This document shows, piece by piece, positions 26,776-36,186 of a stretch of 60,991 bases of DNA. The stretch comes from an uncultured Clostridia bacterium. GTDB taxonomy: Bacteria; Bacillota; Clostridia; Christensenellales; Borkfalkiaceae. Within the stretch, counting starts at the first letter, position 1. Each line of letters opens with the position of its first letter. The translations under genes were made by a program, and so were the position numbers. The stretch covers positions 1 through 60,991 of the forward strand of contig CALVLW010000056.1 in NCBI GenBank assembly GCA_944341315.1. The letters are read 5' to 3'. The notes beneath the pieces were generated by a model. It made no database searches. It was given only the letters and a program-made list of their open reading frames with translations, and was not told the DNA's origin.

Positions 26776-27192
26776 TCATTTGCCGAGCAGGAAGCTTTCG
26801 CCCGCAAGGATATAGCTGTTTTTGCCGAACCCCGCTATCGTGCCCGCGCATACCTCGCTGAGCACCGAAACGTGCCTGAAAGGTTCGCGTTTGAATACGT
26901 TGGACATATGCACTTCGACTACGGGGACGCTTACGGACGCAACGGCGTCGCGAATGGCGTAACTGTAATGCGTGAACGCGCCCGCGTTGAGCACTATCCC
27001 GTCGCAGTCGGCGTTCTGTATCGCGGTGCAGATGTCGCCCTCGTTGTTGCTCTGGTAAAAGGCGCACTCCACGCCCTTGAAGTGAGCGGCGATCTCCGCG
27101 TTTATCTCGTCCAGCGTGCTGCTGCCGTAAACGCCGCGCTCGCGCACGCCCGTCATGTTCAGGTTTACTCCGTTGATGAATAAAAGCTTCAT
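26776..27192 (-). CDS. aroQ: Type II 3-dehydroquinate dehydratase
   Basis: INGVNLN..G.RE..VYG, NAGAFTHYS and EVHMSN motifs. Confidence 0.92.
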   Translation of the reverse strand: MKLLFINGVNLNMTGVRERGVYGSSTLDEINAEIAAHFKGVECAFYQSNNEGDICTAIQNADCDGIVLNAGAFTHYSYAIRDAVASVSVPVVEVHMSNVFKREPFRHVSVLSEVCAGTIAGFGKNSYILAGESFLLGK

Positions 27193-27193
27193 T

Positions 27194-27997
27194 TCAAGCC
27201 CCCGTATGCAGATATTTTTTATATAACGCCGCCGCCTCTTCCGCGTCCGCCCGTCTGCCGAGATAGATGCATTCGGCGTAATACGCCTGATAAAAAAGCA
27301 TCGGCATGCCGTTTATTATCCTTTTCCCCAGCGACTCCGCCAGCTGCAAAAACGCGCTTTTGGGCGGCACATATATCAGATCCACGGCGATCTCGCACGG
27401 CTTTAAGACCTCTTTGCCGACGGGCGATACGCCCTCCGTCGCGTGCATACCGACGCCGGTGGCGTTCACCACGACGTCGTAGCGCCCCTCCGCCGTCCCG
27501 CTCACGCAGGCAACGCCGAACTCCGCGGCGACTTTTTCCGCGGACAGGGCGTTGCGGTCGTAAACGTAAACTTCGGCGCCGCCGTCCTTCATGGTTTTTG
27601 CCGCGCTCCTGCCCGCGCCGCCCGCGCCGAGCAGCAGCACCTTTGCGCCCGCAAGCTCCACCCCGCCGTTTTTAAGCATGAGCGCATAGCCGAGCCCGTC
27701 TGTGTTGTAGCCCATGCGGGTGGCGGTCACGACGGTGTTGACGGCGCCGAATACGCGCGCGTCCCCCTCCAGCCCCGAAAGATACGGGATGACGTCCAGC
27801 TTGAAGGGAATGGTCACGTTGAAGCCGTCGTATTTTGCAAAGAACTCCTCCGCCCGCGAAGAAAAACTTTCGGGCGGGACGGAGATATTGTCGTAAGTTA
27901 TGTCTTTGCCCATGCCTGCGGCGATGAACCTGTGCATGGCGGGGCTGGACGAACGGGAAACGTCCTTGCCTACTACGGCGAACCTGAGCCCGTTCAT
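27194..27997 (-). CDS. aroE: Shikimate dehydrogenase
   Basis: SSSPAMH, NVTIPFK, NTDG and GAGGAGRS motifs. The start was set at MNGLRFAVVG (27997); the 83-aa upstream extension is Arg-rich noise. It overlaps the aroB stop by 4 nt. Confidence 0.88.
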   Translation of the reverse strand: MNGLRFAVVGKDVSRSSSPAMHRFIAAGMGKDITYDNISVPPESFSSRAEEFFAKYDGFNVTIPFKLDVIPYLSGLEGDARVFGAVNTVVTATRMGYNTDGLGYALMLKNGGVELAGAKVLLLGAGGAGRSAAKTMKDGGAEVYVYDRNALSAEKVAAEFGVACVSGTAEGRYDVVVNATGVGMHATEGVSPVGKEVLKPCEIAVDLIYVPPKSAFLQLAESLGKRIINGMPMLFYQAYYAECIYLGRRADAEEAAALYKKYLHTGA

Positions 27998-29076
27998 TGC
28001 AGCACCTCCCCGAAACCGTGCCCGGCGCACTCCGCGACGAGGGCCTCGTATTCTTCCTGCGGGAGCTCCGAAACGCGCACGCAGCCTTCGGACACGGGCA
28101 GCACGAGGCTTATTTCGCCGCCGCGCACGTTCTTTTTGTCGTGACGGGCGGCAAGGCACGCCTCGCGGACGTTCTCGGGCGCGGGGACGCTCGTCACGCT
28201 TTTTATCAGCCCGAGGAGCGATTTCGCATATCCGGGCGCACATATGCCCTTTTTAACGGCGATATACAGCTCGTAATACATGCCGATGAGCACAAATTCG
28301 CCGTGCGAACGGCGCTTGTAAAACAGCTCGAACGCGTGCCCCGTGGTGTGGCCGAGGTTGAGCGTTTTCCTTAGTCCGCCCTCACGCTCGTCCCGCCTTA
28401 CTATATCGGCCTTGCAGGCTATGCAGTCGTAGACTATCCCGTTGAAAAACGAAGGATCTTTGAGGCGCTTTTCGTTTGAAAGAAGCTTGCCGTATATTCC
28501 CGCGTCGAGCGCGCCGTACTTTATTATCTCGCCCAAGCCGCACCTTATCTCGCGCGCGGGCAGCGTGCGCAAAAAGCGGGGATCGGCCACCACTTCGCGC
28601 GGCTGATAGAACGTGCCGACGATGTTTTTTACGCCGCAGAGGTCGACCGCCGTTTTGCCGCCCACGGAGCTGTCCACCTGCGAGAGCAGCGTCGTGGGCA
28701 CCTGCACCAGATTTACGCCGCGCATATACAGCGACGCCGCCAGCCCGGCTATGTCGCCGACGACGCCGCCGCCCACCGCGAACACCGTGCAGTTGCGCAT
28801 AAGGCCTGCGCCCAGCATGGCCTTTAATATATCGAAAAGCCGTGCGGGGCTCTTGCTCGCCTCGCCCGCGGGGAGCACGTAAACTTTGCCGCGCGGTTGA
28901 AATACATCCGTGAATATGCCGCGATGAATGCGGTAAACGTTGGAATCCGTAACGGTGAATATCTGCCCTTTTGCCATTGCGGGCACAAGCTTTTCGAACG
29001 CGCCTTCGCCGCAATGCACCGTGCTTTTGCACACGGGGGTATCTATTTGCAGAGTCTTTATTTTACAATCTTTCAT
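27994..29076 (-). CDS. aroB: 3-dehydroquinate synthase
   Basis: GGGVVGD, TTLLSQVDSSVGGKTAV and LNLGHTTGHA motifs. The start is at MKDCKIK (29076). Confidence 0.9.
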   Translation of the reverse strand: MKDCKIKTLQIDTPVCKSTVHCGEGAFEKLVPAMAKGQIFTVTDSNVYRIHRGIFTDVFQPRGKVYVLPAGEASKSPARLFDILKAMLGAGLMRNCTVFAVGGGVVGDIAGLAASLYMRGVNLVQVPTTLLSQVDSSVGGKTAVDLCGVKNIVGTFYQPREVVADPRFLRTLPAREIRCGLGEIIKYGALDAGIYGKLLSNEKRLKDPSFFNGIVYDCIACKADIVRRDEREGGLRKTLNLGHTTGHAFELFYKRRSHGEFVLIGMYYELYIAVKKGICAPGYAKSLLGLIKSVTSVPAPENVREACLAARHDKKNVRGGEISLVLPVSEGCVRVSELPQEEYEALVAECAGHGFGEVLQ

Positions 29077-30187
29077 AACGCTCGACCACCTGCGCCATAT
29101 CGTCGCCGCCGAGGCGCTCCGCCACGGCCTGAGCCACCACGAACGCCGCAACGCTTTCCGCTATCGTTTCGAACGCGCACACCGCGGCAACGTCGCTGCG
29201 TTCGCCCGCCGCCCTGCAGCTTTCGCCGGTGAGGTAATCCACCGTGTTCAGCCCGCGCATGAGCGTGGGAATGGGCTTCATTGCGGCGCGGACGACTATC
29301 TCTTCGCCGTTGGACATGCCGCCCTCTATCCCGCCCGCATTGTTGGTGCGGCGGACGAAATTGCCGTTTTCGCTGAATATCTCGTCGTGGACGCGGCTGC
29401 CGGGCAGATCCGCGGCGGCAAAACCGAGGCCGATCTCCACCCCCTTTACCGCCTGCACGCCCATGAGCGCGCCGGCAAGCCTGCCGTCGAGCTTTTCGCC
29501 GTAAGTCATGCAGCTGCCGAACCCGCTTTTGAGCCCGTGCACACGCACTTCGGCAACGCAGCCGGCGGTGTCGCCCGCGGCTTTAAGCTCGTCTATGAGC
29601 GCGGCGGCGCGCTCTTCCGCGGCCTTGTCTATCATGAAAAGCTTGCCTTCTTTTGCCTCCGCAAGCCGTTCGAAGGGATATATCCCCTCGTCTTTTACTC
29701 CGCATACGGAGATAACGCGGCCGCCCACCCGCACGCCGAGCGCGGCGAGATATTGCTTTGCTATGCTGCCCGCCGCAACGCGCACGGCGGTCTCCCTTGC
29801 GCTGGCGCGTTCGAGCACGTTGCGCGCGTCCGTCTGTCCGAATTTTTTAAGCCCGGTCAGGTCGGCATGCCCCGGGCGCACCTTTGTAAGAGTGCGGGCG
29901 GTCACGTCGCAGTCGCCCGCGGACATATACTTTTCCCAATTGGCGTAATCGGAATTTATTATGGCGAACGCCAGCGGGCTGCCCAGCGTGAGCTTGTTTC
30001 GCACGCCGGAGAGCACCTCTATGCGGTCGTTCTCTATCTTCTGTCTGCCGCCGCGGCCGTATCCGCTCTGGCGCAGCGCGAGGTCGGCGTTTATCAGCGA
30101 GACGTCTATCCCGAGGTTGGCGGGGAGCCCCTCTATTATCCCGACGAGCGCCCTGCCGTGCGATTCGCCTGCCGTAGTAAGTTTCAT
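29063..30187 (-). CDS. aroC: Chorismate synthase
   Basis: MKLTTAGESHG, RQSGYGRGGRQ and RPGHAD motifs. The start is at 30187. Confidence 0.93.
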   Translation of the reverse strand: MKLTTAGESHGRALVGIIEGLPANLGIDVSLINADLALRQSGYGRGGRQKIENDRIEVLSGVRNKLTLGSPLAFAIINSDYANWEKYMSAGDCDVTARTLTKVRPGHADLTGLKKFGQTDARNVLERASARETAVRVAAGSIAKQYLAALGVRVGGRVISVCGVKDEGIYPFERLAEAKEGKLFMIDKAAEERAAALIDELKAAGDTAGCVAEVRVHGLKSGFGSCMTYGEKLDGRLAGALMGVQAVKGVEIGLGFAAADLPGSRVHDEIFSENGNFVRRTNNAGGIEGGMSNGEEIVVRAAMKPIPTLMRGLNTVDYLTGESCRAAGERSDVAAVCAFETIAESVAAFVVAQAVAERLGGDDMAQVVERYERL

Positions 30188-30197
30188 GTTTCCTCCT

Positions 30198-31208
30198 TTA
30201 CCTTTCGCACTCCGCCGCACACTCGCCGCCGTCCAGACTTACGGTAACGTTGCCGCGGTATGCGGTCATGTATATGTTGCCGTGTGCGGAGAGGTCGGCA
30301 AGCACTCCCGCCGAAGGGCAGCCCTCGGCGTTGTTTTCGCCCGACGAAATAACGGATATCTGCGGGGCGAGCAGGTCGGTGAGCGCGGAAGAGCGGTGAT
30401 CTTCGCCGCCGTGTCCTGCCGCCTTGTAAGCCCTGCAGTTTTCAAGTTTTATTTCGTGCCCGCCAAAGACGAACGCTCCGCCCGGGCCTGCCGCCACCCG
30501 ATATTCGCCTACTATCCCGTCGAGCACGCGAGCGGGCGCGTCGCCCGCGTAAAATATGCCGCAGCCGTCGTATTCCAGCCATAAAACTGCCGAAGCCGCG
30601 TCTATCGCCTCGTCCGTGGGATCGGAATTGAGGTCGTCGTAAGCGCCGCCGGGCGCGGTGTGCACCGCGGGAGCCAGAAAGGTGAAAAAGGCTTTGCCGC
30701 ATTCGGCGCCCTCGCCGTATTCCGCCACCTTAAGTTCGGCGCCGCAGCTTTCGGCGGCGGAGTAAAAGGCGGAATAGCTCCGGCTGATATACCTGTTGGT
30801 GCAGTAGGGCGCGAACACCACGTCCGCGCCTTTTACGCGCAGTATCTCGGCAAGCCCGCCGCAGTGCTCGTCCTTTACCGACGTGCACACGACGTAATCG
30901 AGGCGGTCTACGTCCAGCCGGTTGAGCTCCGTGAGTATGCCGAGCGTGCAGGCGTAAGTTCCGTCGCCGCCGTCTATCAGCAACGTCTTCCCGTCCGGCA
31001 GGCACGCCACGGCGCAATCCGCCTGGCCCACGTCGAGCACGCGCAGCGTAAGACCGCCCGCGGGGCGGCTGCCCCTTACGAGGTAAGCGGTGAAATATTT
31101 GAGCGGAAAAAAGATATTTATCACGAGCAGCGCGCTTATCACGAGTGCCGCCGCCGCAACGGATATTATCGCGGCGAGCCGCGCCCTGCCGCTTTTTGAC
31201 TTTTTCAT
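30198..31208 (-). CDS. Membrane-anchored MBL-fold hydrolase (ComEC C-terminal-domain-like)
   Basis: N-terminal TM helix, then LRVLDVGQADCAV...LLIDGGD typical of the ComEC/Rec2 beta-lactamase-like domain. It has no competence channel domain. Confidence 0.65.
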   Translation of the reverse strand: MKKSKSGRARLAAIISVAAAALVISALLVINIFFPLKYFTAYLVRGSRPAGGLTLRVLDVGQADCAVACLPDGKTLLIDGGDGTYACTLGILTELNRLDVDRLDYVVCTSVKDEHCGGLAEILRVKGADVVFAPYCTNRYISRSYSAFYSAAESCGAELKVAEYGEGAECGKAFFTFLAPAVHTAPGGAYDDLNSDPTDEAIDAASAVLWLEYDGCGIFYAGDAPARVLDGIVGEYRVAAGPGGAFVFGGHEIKLENCRAYKAAGHGGEDHRSSALTDLLAPQISVISSGENNAEGCPSAGVLADLSAHGNIYMTAYRGNVTVSLDGGECAAECER

Positions 31209-31299
31209 GTTCCTCCGCGCCGCTTAAAATACGGCGCAAAACGCCTGTATTGAGTATATTATACAGCCAACGGCGGCGATTGTAAAGAATATTGCGCAA

Positions 31300-31344
31300 A
31301 AAATACCTTTCCCGCCCGCTTAAAGCGGACGGGAAAGGTATTTT
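31300..31344. other. Strong orphan hairpin between divergent promoters
   Basis: AAAATACCTTTCCCG-CCCGC-TTAAA-GCGG-A-CGGGAAAGGTATTTT. It has 19 bp, an A-run on the 5' side and a T-run on the 3' side. No gene ends here on either strand. Confidence 0.5.
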
Positions 31345-31553
31345 GGAGGGGAAATATTATGTATCTTGCCGCGGCGCAAGCGCCGCGTCTGTGAGCTTTT
31401 TATGATATCCGCGGGCGCGCGGCGCGCTTCCGCCCCGCCCGTTACGCATATACTATAACCCCCGAATGTTAAAATACGGTGACGGCAATGCAAATTCTTT
31501 GAAAAGACGCGTTGAACTTTTTTGCACGCGGGCGCTTAATTTTTGCGCCGCTA

Positions 31554-31582
31554 TTGACTTGCGGCGCGCGTTGTGATATCAT
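31554..31582 (+). promoter_or_regulatory. Sigma-A type promoter
   Basis: TTGACT, a 17-nt spacer, then TGaTATCAT, ~30 nt upstream of the RBS GAGGTGAG. Confidence 0.65.
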
Positions 31583-31612
31583 ATTGTATATAAGACAGCT
31601 GCGAGGTGAGTT

Positions 31613-32233
31613 ATGTCCAATTTTATAATAACTGTCGGCAGAGAATTCGGCAGCGGCGGCAGAGAGCTGGGCAGAAGGCTTTCCGAAGACCTTGGCATAG
31701 CGTATTACGACCGCCAGATAATAACCGAAATAGCAAAGCGCACCTCCCTTTCGGAGGAATACGTCCACCAGATAATAGAGCATAAACCTTACATGCCCTT
31801 TCCCATAACGATAGGCAGATCGTTTTACCCGCTCACAGATCCGGTGGTGGAACAGACGCTTGCCGTTTATAACGAGCAGCACAACATAATACGCGAGATG
31901 GCGGAAAAGTCCGACTGCGTGATAGTGGGCAGGTGCGCCGACTTTATACTGCGCGACCTGCACCCGCTGCGCATATTCGTGTATTCGGAGATGCCCGCGC
32001 GCATAAAGCGCTGCCGCGAAAAGGCGCCCGAACACGAGCACCTTTCGGACGCCGCGCTGAAAAAACACATATTAAAGATAGATAAAGAGCGTGCGCGCTA
32101 TTACGCCTTTTACACGGACGCAAAGTGGGGCGACAGGCTGAATTACGACCTGTGCATAAACACGGCGCGCATCTCGCCAAAGGACGCGGCGGCCGCGCTC
32201 GCAGACGCCCTGAAAAGCAAATTGGGGCAATAA
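31613..32233 (+). CDS. Cytidylate kinase-like family protein
   Basis: The N-terminus IITVGREFGSGGRELGRRLSEDLGIAYYDR is characteristic of the Cytidylate_kin2 family. Confidence 0.75.
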   Translation: MSNFIITVGREFGSGGRELGRRLSEDLGIAYYDRQIITEIAKRTSLSEEYVHQIIEHKPYMPFPITIGRSFYPLTDPVVEQTLAVYNEQHNIIREMAEKSDCVIVGRCADFILRDLHPLRIFVYSEMPARIKRCREKAPEHEHLSDAALKKHILKIDKERARYYAFYTDAKWGDRLNYDLCINTARISPKDAAAALADALKSKLGQ

Positions 32234-32279
32234 TATACGCAAAATAACGCCCGCGTTGCGCGGGCTTTAAGGAGAGGTC

Positions 32280-33383
32280 ATGGCAAAATACGATTATCTT
32301 GTCGTGGGTGCGGGGCTGTTCGGCTGCGTGTTTGCCCACGAAGCTAAAAAAGCGGGCAAAAAATGCCTCGTGATAGACAGGCGCGCGCACGTCGGCGGCA
32401 ACATATACACCGAAAACAGGGACGGGATAAACATACACGTTTACGGCGCGCACATCTTTCACACCTCCGACGAGCGCGTGTGGAAATACGTGAACGAGTT
32501 CGTCACGTTCAACAACTTCGTCAATTCGCCGATAGCGCGCTACAAGGACGAACTTTACAACCTGCCGTTCAACATGAACACCTTTTCGAAAATGTGGGGC
32601 GTGGTCACCCCCGCAGAGGCAAAGGCGAAAATAGAGGAACAGATAGCCGAGCTGAACATAGGCGAGCCGAAGAACCTGGAAGAACAGGGCCTAAAACTCG
32701 TGGGCAGAGACGTTTTTGAAAAGCTGATAAAGGGATATACGGAAAAGCAGTGGGGAAAGAGCTGCAAAGACCTGCCCGCATTCATAATAAAGCGCCTGCC
32801 GCTGCGCTTTACTTACGACAACAACTACTTCAACGACCGCCGGCAGGGCATTGCCGAAGGCGGATACACGAAGCTCGCCGAAAAACTGCTGGAAGGCACC
32901 GAGGTGCGCCTGAACACCGAATACGCCGCCTTTGCAGAGGAAAACCCCGGCATTGCGAAAAAAACGGTCTACACGGGCATGATAGACGAATTTTACGGCT
33001 ACAAGTACGGCGAGCTGGAATACCGCTCCCTCCGCTTTGAAACGGAGCGGCTGGAAGAGGAAAACCATCAGGGCAACGCCGTGGTGAACTACACCGAGCG
33101 CAAAGTGCCCTACACGCGGATAATAGAGCACAAGCATTTCGAACGCTCGCAGAGCCCCGTGACCTATATCACCCGCGAATATCCCGCAACGTGGCACAAG
33201 GGCGACGAGCCTTATTACCCCGTGAACGACGACAGGAACAACGCTCTTTACGCAAAATACAGGGCGCTTGCCGACGGCGAAAAGGACGTAATATTCGGGG
33301 GCAGGCTCGGGCAATACAAGTATTACGATATGGACAAGGTGATAGCCGCAGCCCTGGACTGCGCCGAAAAGGAACTCGGCTAA
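32280..33383 (+). CDS. glf: UDP-galactopyranose mutase
   Basis: FAD motif YDYLVVGAGLFG, RRAHVGGN, YGAHIFHT and GRLGQYKYYDMD. Confidence 0.93.
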   Translation: MAKYDYLVVGAGLFGCVFAHEAKKAGKKCLVIDRRAHVGGNIYTENRDGINIHVYGAHIFHTSDERVWKYVNEFVTFNNFVNSPIARYKDELYNLPFNMNTFSKMWGVVTPAEAKAKIEEQIAELNIGEPKNLEEQGLKLVGRDVFEKLIKGYTEKQWGKSCKDLPAFIIKRLPLRFTYDNNYFNDRRQGIAEGGYTKLAEKLLEGTEVRLNTEYAAFAEENPGIAKKTVYTGMIDEFYGYKYGELEYRSLRFETERLEEENHQGNAVVNYTERKVPYTRIIEHKHFERSQSPVTYITREYPATWHKGDEPYYPVNDDRNNALYAKYRALADGEKDVIFGGRLGQYKYYDMDKVIAAALDCAEKELG

Positions 33384-33402
33384 AGGCTTACGCCTGCCGG
33401 AA

Positions 33403-33431
33403 AGCACCGCGCAAAGCGCACGGTGCTTTTT
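33403..33431 (+). terminator. Intrinsic terminator after glf
   Basis: AGCACCG...CGGTGCT followed by TTTT. Confidence 0.6.
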
Positions 33432-33526
33432 AAGTGTGAATGTTTGCAACATACGGGCGTGATTTTTTGTCAGTTTAAGGCATTGCGCACACTTTTGCGA
33501 TTAAACGCCCCAACCGGCGCATAATA

Positions 33527-33535
33527 TGGTATAAT
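33527..33535 (+). promoter_or_regulatory. Extended -10 element placed for a leaderless transcript
   Basis: TGgTATAAT ends 6 nt before the ATG at 33542. There is no Shine-Dalgarno sequence in between. Confidence 0.4.
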
Positions 33536-33541
33536 AACGAT

Positions 33542-35281
33542 ATGAAACTGTTTGACCTTATGCTCGAAGAGCCGCAGGCGGGGGCCGAAGGGCTGTGCGT
33601 GCAGGGCGCGCGCGCCGAAGGCGGCGTCGTTTGCCTTGCGGACGGAGAAAGCGCCTCGTTCCGCACTTACTTTAACATACTCTCGCTCGAATACGCCCGC
33701 TGCTGCGGCATAAGCTCGGCTACTTTGGAGATAGACGCCGAGGGCGCGTTCGTGCTGGAAGTCTTCGAATGCACGCGCGCGGGCGACAGGCTGCTGAAGT
33801 CGACGGAGCACGACGGAAGCGCCGCCGAAGAAGTGCCGCTCGAAAACGGGAACGGCGGCGGATATATCTGGTTTACCGTAAGGGCAAAGGGCGGATGCAG
33901 GATATCGGGCGGGCGGTGGCTTGCCGACAAACGGCCCGAGCGCAGGATAAAAACGGGCATGGTGATATGCACCTACCGCAGGGAAAGTTTCGTTGCCGCC
34001 AACCTTGCGCGGATAGCCGAGGGACTGAAAGCACGCCCGTATATGGCGGAAGCGCTGCACGTTTTCGTGATAGACAACGCCGGAACGCTCGACCTGCCGG
34101 AGAGCGGCTTTTACACGGTGATAAAGAACCGCAACCTCGGCGGGAGCGGCGGATTCACGCGGGGCATATGCGAAGTGTGCGCCGACTCCTCCTTTACGCA
34201 TTTCCTGCTTACGGACGACGACATCTCCTTTGATTTCAACGTGCTCGAACGCACGCACCTGCTGCTTTCGGCGCTTACGCCCGAACACGCTAACGCCACG
34301 CTGGGCGGCGCCATGCTTACGCTGGAACAGCCGTGGATGCAGTACGAATGCGGCGGAAAATACGACGGGCTGCGCTTTAAGGTGATAAATTCGCGCCTGG
34401 ATATGCGCAAACCGCAGTCGCTACTTAAGATACAGCGGCCGGAAACGCCCGATTATTACGGCTGGTGGTATTGCTGCATGCCCGCCTCCTCCGTTGAAAA
34501 ATACGGCCTGCCCATGCCGTTTTTCATAAAGGGCGACGACGTGGAATACGGCATGCGCGCAGCGGAAGAAAAACTGTCCGTGAGCGGCATAGGCGTGTGG
34601 CACCAGGACTTTGCCGGCAAATATACCGGCACGCTGGAATATTACACCAAGCGCAACCTTGCCGCCGTTTCGGCAATGCGGTGCAAAGCCGGCGGGTTCA
34701 AGCCGGCGGTGCGGTTCGCTTACTTTATGTTCAAGAGCCTGCTGCTTAAAAACTACGCGTGCGCGCAGGCGCTTTACGAGGCTTACGAAGACTTTATGAA
34801 GGGCCCCGGCTTTTTTATCTCCTCCGATCCCGAAGAGATAAACGCGCACGTCCGCGCGCTGGAAAACAGGCTGTGCGACGCGGAAGAGATAGAAAAGGCG
34901 TGCGGCGGCAAGCCGTCCCCCCGCAAATGGGATCCGGACAAGCGCAGCGAATTTTTCCGATGCCTGTTCCTTGCGCTGGAAAATTATCTGCCCGCTTTCG
35001 TGTTTTCCAAAAAGACCGCCGTTACGGACATGGGCAACCCCATAGCCGCCGACTGCTTTCTTAAGCGCACGGTGGTGCACTACGACGAAAAGAGCGGCAA
35101 GGGCATGATACTCGAACTCGACACGAAAAAGCGGCGCGACCTGCGCAGAAAGACTTTCCGTGTGTTTTTCGGGCTGCTGTTCGGCTACGGCAAAATGAAA
35201 AAGCTTTACCGCGCGGGCGCGCGGGAGATGTGCTCGCGGAAGACGTGGGACAGGCTGTTTTTTGCACGAAAGACGGATTGA
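33542..35281 (+). CDS. GT2-family glycosyltransferase, GlfT2-like (galactofuranosyltransferase-type)
   Basis: An N-terminal ~150-aa extra domain precedes the GT-A core (ICTYRRE, VIDNAG, LLTDDDISF, GDDVEYGMR). It is adjacent to glf. Confidence 0.7.
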   Translation: MKLFDLMLEEPQAGAEGLCVQGARAEGGVVCLADGESASFRTYFNILSLEYARCCGISSATLEIDAEGAFVLEVFECTRAGDRLLKSTEHDGSAAEEVPLENGNGGGYIWFTVRAKGGCRISGGRWLADKRPERRIKTGMVICTYRRESFVAANLARIAEGLKARPYMAEALHVFVIDNAGTLDLPESGFYTVIKNRNLGGSGGFTRGICEVCADSSFTHFLLTDDDISFDFNVLERTHLLLSALTPEHANATLGGAMLTLEQPWMQYECGGKYDGLRFKVINSRLDMRKPQSLLKIQRPETPDYYGWWYCCMPASSVEKYGLPMPFFIKGDDVEYGMRAAEEKLSVSGIGVWHQDFAGKYTGTLEYYTKRNLAAVSAMRCKAGGFKPAVRFAYFMFKSLLLKNYACAQALYEAYEDFMKGPGFFISSDPEEINAHVRALENRLCDAEEIEKACGGKPSPRKWDPDKRSEFFRCLFLALENYLPAFVFSKKTAVTDMGNPIAADCFLKRTVVHYDEKSGKGMILELDTKKRRDLRRKTFRVFFGLLFGYGKMKKLYRAGAREMCSRKTWDRLFFARKTD

Positions 35282-35463
35282 CCGCGTAATATGCCGCGAC
35301 AAACGCATCCGCGGCCTTTTGTGCGGGACGGGCGCGTCGCGCGCTTTTCCCTTTTTCCTTATAAATTTTACATAATTTTTACACAAACAGTAGATTTATG
35401 CGGCAATATGTATTATAATTGATACAATATAATGCGCGCGGACGCTTTATCGGGGAACGGGAA

Positions 35464-36186
35464 ATGACGAAAGTATATCTGCAATTCAAATACATAGCGG
35501 ACTTTATTTTTGCCTTGTTGGGACTGATAGTCGTTTCGCCGCTGATGGCGGGCATAGCCATAGCGATAAAGGCGGAAGACGGCGGCAAGGTGCTGCTGCG
35601 CCAGCTGCGCACCGGCAGATACGGCAATAAGTTCGTCTGCTATAAATTCCGCTCGATGAAGAGCGCCGACGTGCCGTTCGACAAGAGCAGGCCGGTGATA
35701 AAGGACAACAACGACAACCTTACGAAGGTGGGCAAGTTCATACGCAAATTCAAATTCGACGAACTGCCCCAGCTGTTCAACGTTATAAAGGGCGACATGT
35801 GCTTTATCGGTCCCCGGCCGCTGCTGCCCGTTTACGACTGCGAATATCAGCCGTGGGAACTCGTAAAATTCGAGATGAAGCCCGGGCTTACGGGACTTTC
35901 GCAGGTGAGGGGCAACGGGCATCTTTCCATAAAGGCACGCAAATATTACGACGCTTATTACGTCGTGCACGCGTCGCCGCTGCTCGACGTCAAGATAATC
36001 TTAAAGACCGTTGCAGTGATGATAGCGGGCGAACGCAGGTTTTTGAGGCACGTTTCGCCCGAGGAATACGCAGCGCTGCGCGCCGCGGTGAACGACAAGG
36101 TAAAAGTAAGCGACAAGACGTATGCGAATTTCGGAATAAGCGGCAGCGACGCAAAGGATGTGACCGGATGCAAGACGGCAGAATAA
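35464..36186 (+). CDS. Polyprenyl-phosphate sugar phosphotransferase (bacterial sugar transferase family, small PglC/EpsL type)
   Basis: Re-entrant N-terminal helix, then YKFRSM, DELPQLFNVIKGDM..IGPRP and PGLTG motifs. The start is at MTKVYLQ (35464). Confidence 0.88.
   Translation: MTKVYLQFKYIADFIFALLGLIVVSPLMAGIAIAIKAEDGGKVLLRQLRTGRYGNKFVCYKFRSMKSADVPFDKSRPVIKDNNDNLTKVGKFIRKFKFDELPQLFNVIKGDMCFIGPRPLLPVYDCEYQPWELVKFEMKPGLTGLSQVRGNGHLSIKARKYYDAYYVVHASPLLDVKIILKTVAVMIAGERRFLRHVSPEEYAALRAAVNDKVKVSDKTYANFGISGSDAKDVTGCKTAE

Noticed and set aside
27998-28243. An 83-aa N-terminal extension of aroE (also 15680-15775 for sigE, 16486-16602 for spoIIGA, and 40488-40679 for the ligase-like gene).
   Set aside because: These extensions are Arg-rich, overlap upstream genes or leaders, and are absent from the conserved family N-termini.
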